This document shows positions 32,481 to 33,024 of a stretch of 33,024 nt of DNA, piece after piece (position 1 is the first letter of the stretch; each line of letters begins with the position of its first letter). The notes beneath the pieces are model-generated. The model did no database searches. It was not told where the DNA came from and was given only the letters and a program-made list of their open reading frames with translations. Origin of the DNA: Octopus bimaculoides. Lineage: Eukaryota. The stretch lies in contig NC_068982.1 in the NCBI RefSeq assembly GCF_001194135.2, forward strand, positions 29,758,443 to 29,791,466, read 5' to 3'. A program made the position numbers and the translations under genes.

Positions 32481-32575
32481 TTGCTTGTTCAATGTTTCTC
32501 ATAGTTTGCCTTTAGGTATTGGAAACACCACTGGGCATGGAAGTTGCCTACTGTTCTAAAACATCATTAGTACCT

Positions 32576-32898
32576 TTCAAGTGGAGCAGGCTGCATGATC
32601 CATATGGACAAATTAAGGATTTCATGATTGTTATTCTACAAAGGGCTGAAGCAATGATTCTGCCAGCTTGCAGCACTTTCTTTGAGGAGAGGAGACAAGT
32701 TGATTATATCTATTGACAACCATAATATCAAGTTAATATGGCTGCAGTTTGGCCTACTTCAGTCTGGATTTAAAGTTGCCCTTATACATCTTCTTCGGAC
32801 AATAACAAACACGACTGACTTGCTTCAGCCCTCTGTAGAATAACAATCATGAAATCCTTAATTTGTCCATATGGATCATGCAGTCTGGTCCATTTGAA
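32576..32898. repeat. Near-perfect inverted repeat, 79-bp arms (32576-32654 / 32820-32898), 165-bp spacer
   Basis: 4 mismatches in 79 bp, including a 50-bp perfect run CTGCATGATCCATATGGACAAATTAAGGATTTCATGATTGTTATTCTACA. Confidence 0.95.
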
Positions 32899-32981
32899 CT
32901 AATGCTAAAGATAATTCTCTTCAATGAATGGGATAATCAGTAGCTGAAATTTACTTTTGATGAGTAATGATCAAGTGATTA

Positions 32982-32983
<2 letters not shown>

Positions 32984-33024
<41 letters not shown>
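32984..33024. repeat. (TA)n microsatellite at the window end
   Basis: Read directly. Confidence 0.97.

Noticed and set aside
1-33024. CRISPR array or prokaryotic operon
   Set aside because: Eukaryotic repeat landscape; no regularly spaced direct repeats with unique spacers and no gene-dense regions.

Overview
AT-rich eukaryotic non-coding DNA with four assembly gaps (N at 19773-20211, 21786-22383, 23195-23204, 24059-24689). The repeat families look like those of a coleoid cephalopod, most likely Octopus; this is recognition from memory, not a database result. I found no convincing host protein-coding exon, rRNA, true tRNA or CRISPR array, and almost every ORF in the supplied track is a microsatellite or gap artefact. 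The window is a transposon graveyard containing an RTE-like LINE fragment; many copies of several SINE-like families (my labels: A = tRNA head + CORE-like block + internal microsatellite; B = tRNA-like head + conserved central block; C = retroposon 3' end with (GAT)n tail; G and H = other tRNA SINEs); decayed mariner, Tc1-like and Tigger transposase pieces; and mariner, piggyBac-like and hAT MITEs. The most notable signal is five long fold-back (inverted-repeat) structures. Two are transposons rebuilt from two copies of the same end, including transposase coding sequence: a 5'/5' mariner at 14803-15680 and a 3'/3' Tc1-like element at 17748-18605. The others are a ~1.7 kb palindromic element with a SINE in each arm, a related ~0.5 kb one, and a 79-bp 95%-identical hairpin. 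There is also a four-level nested insertion with readable TSDs. All identities were counted by eye and are approximate.
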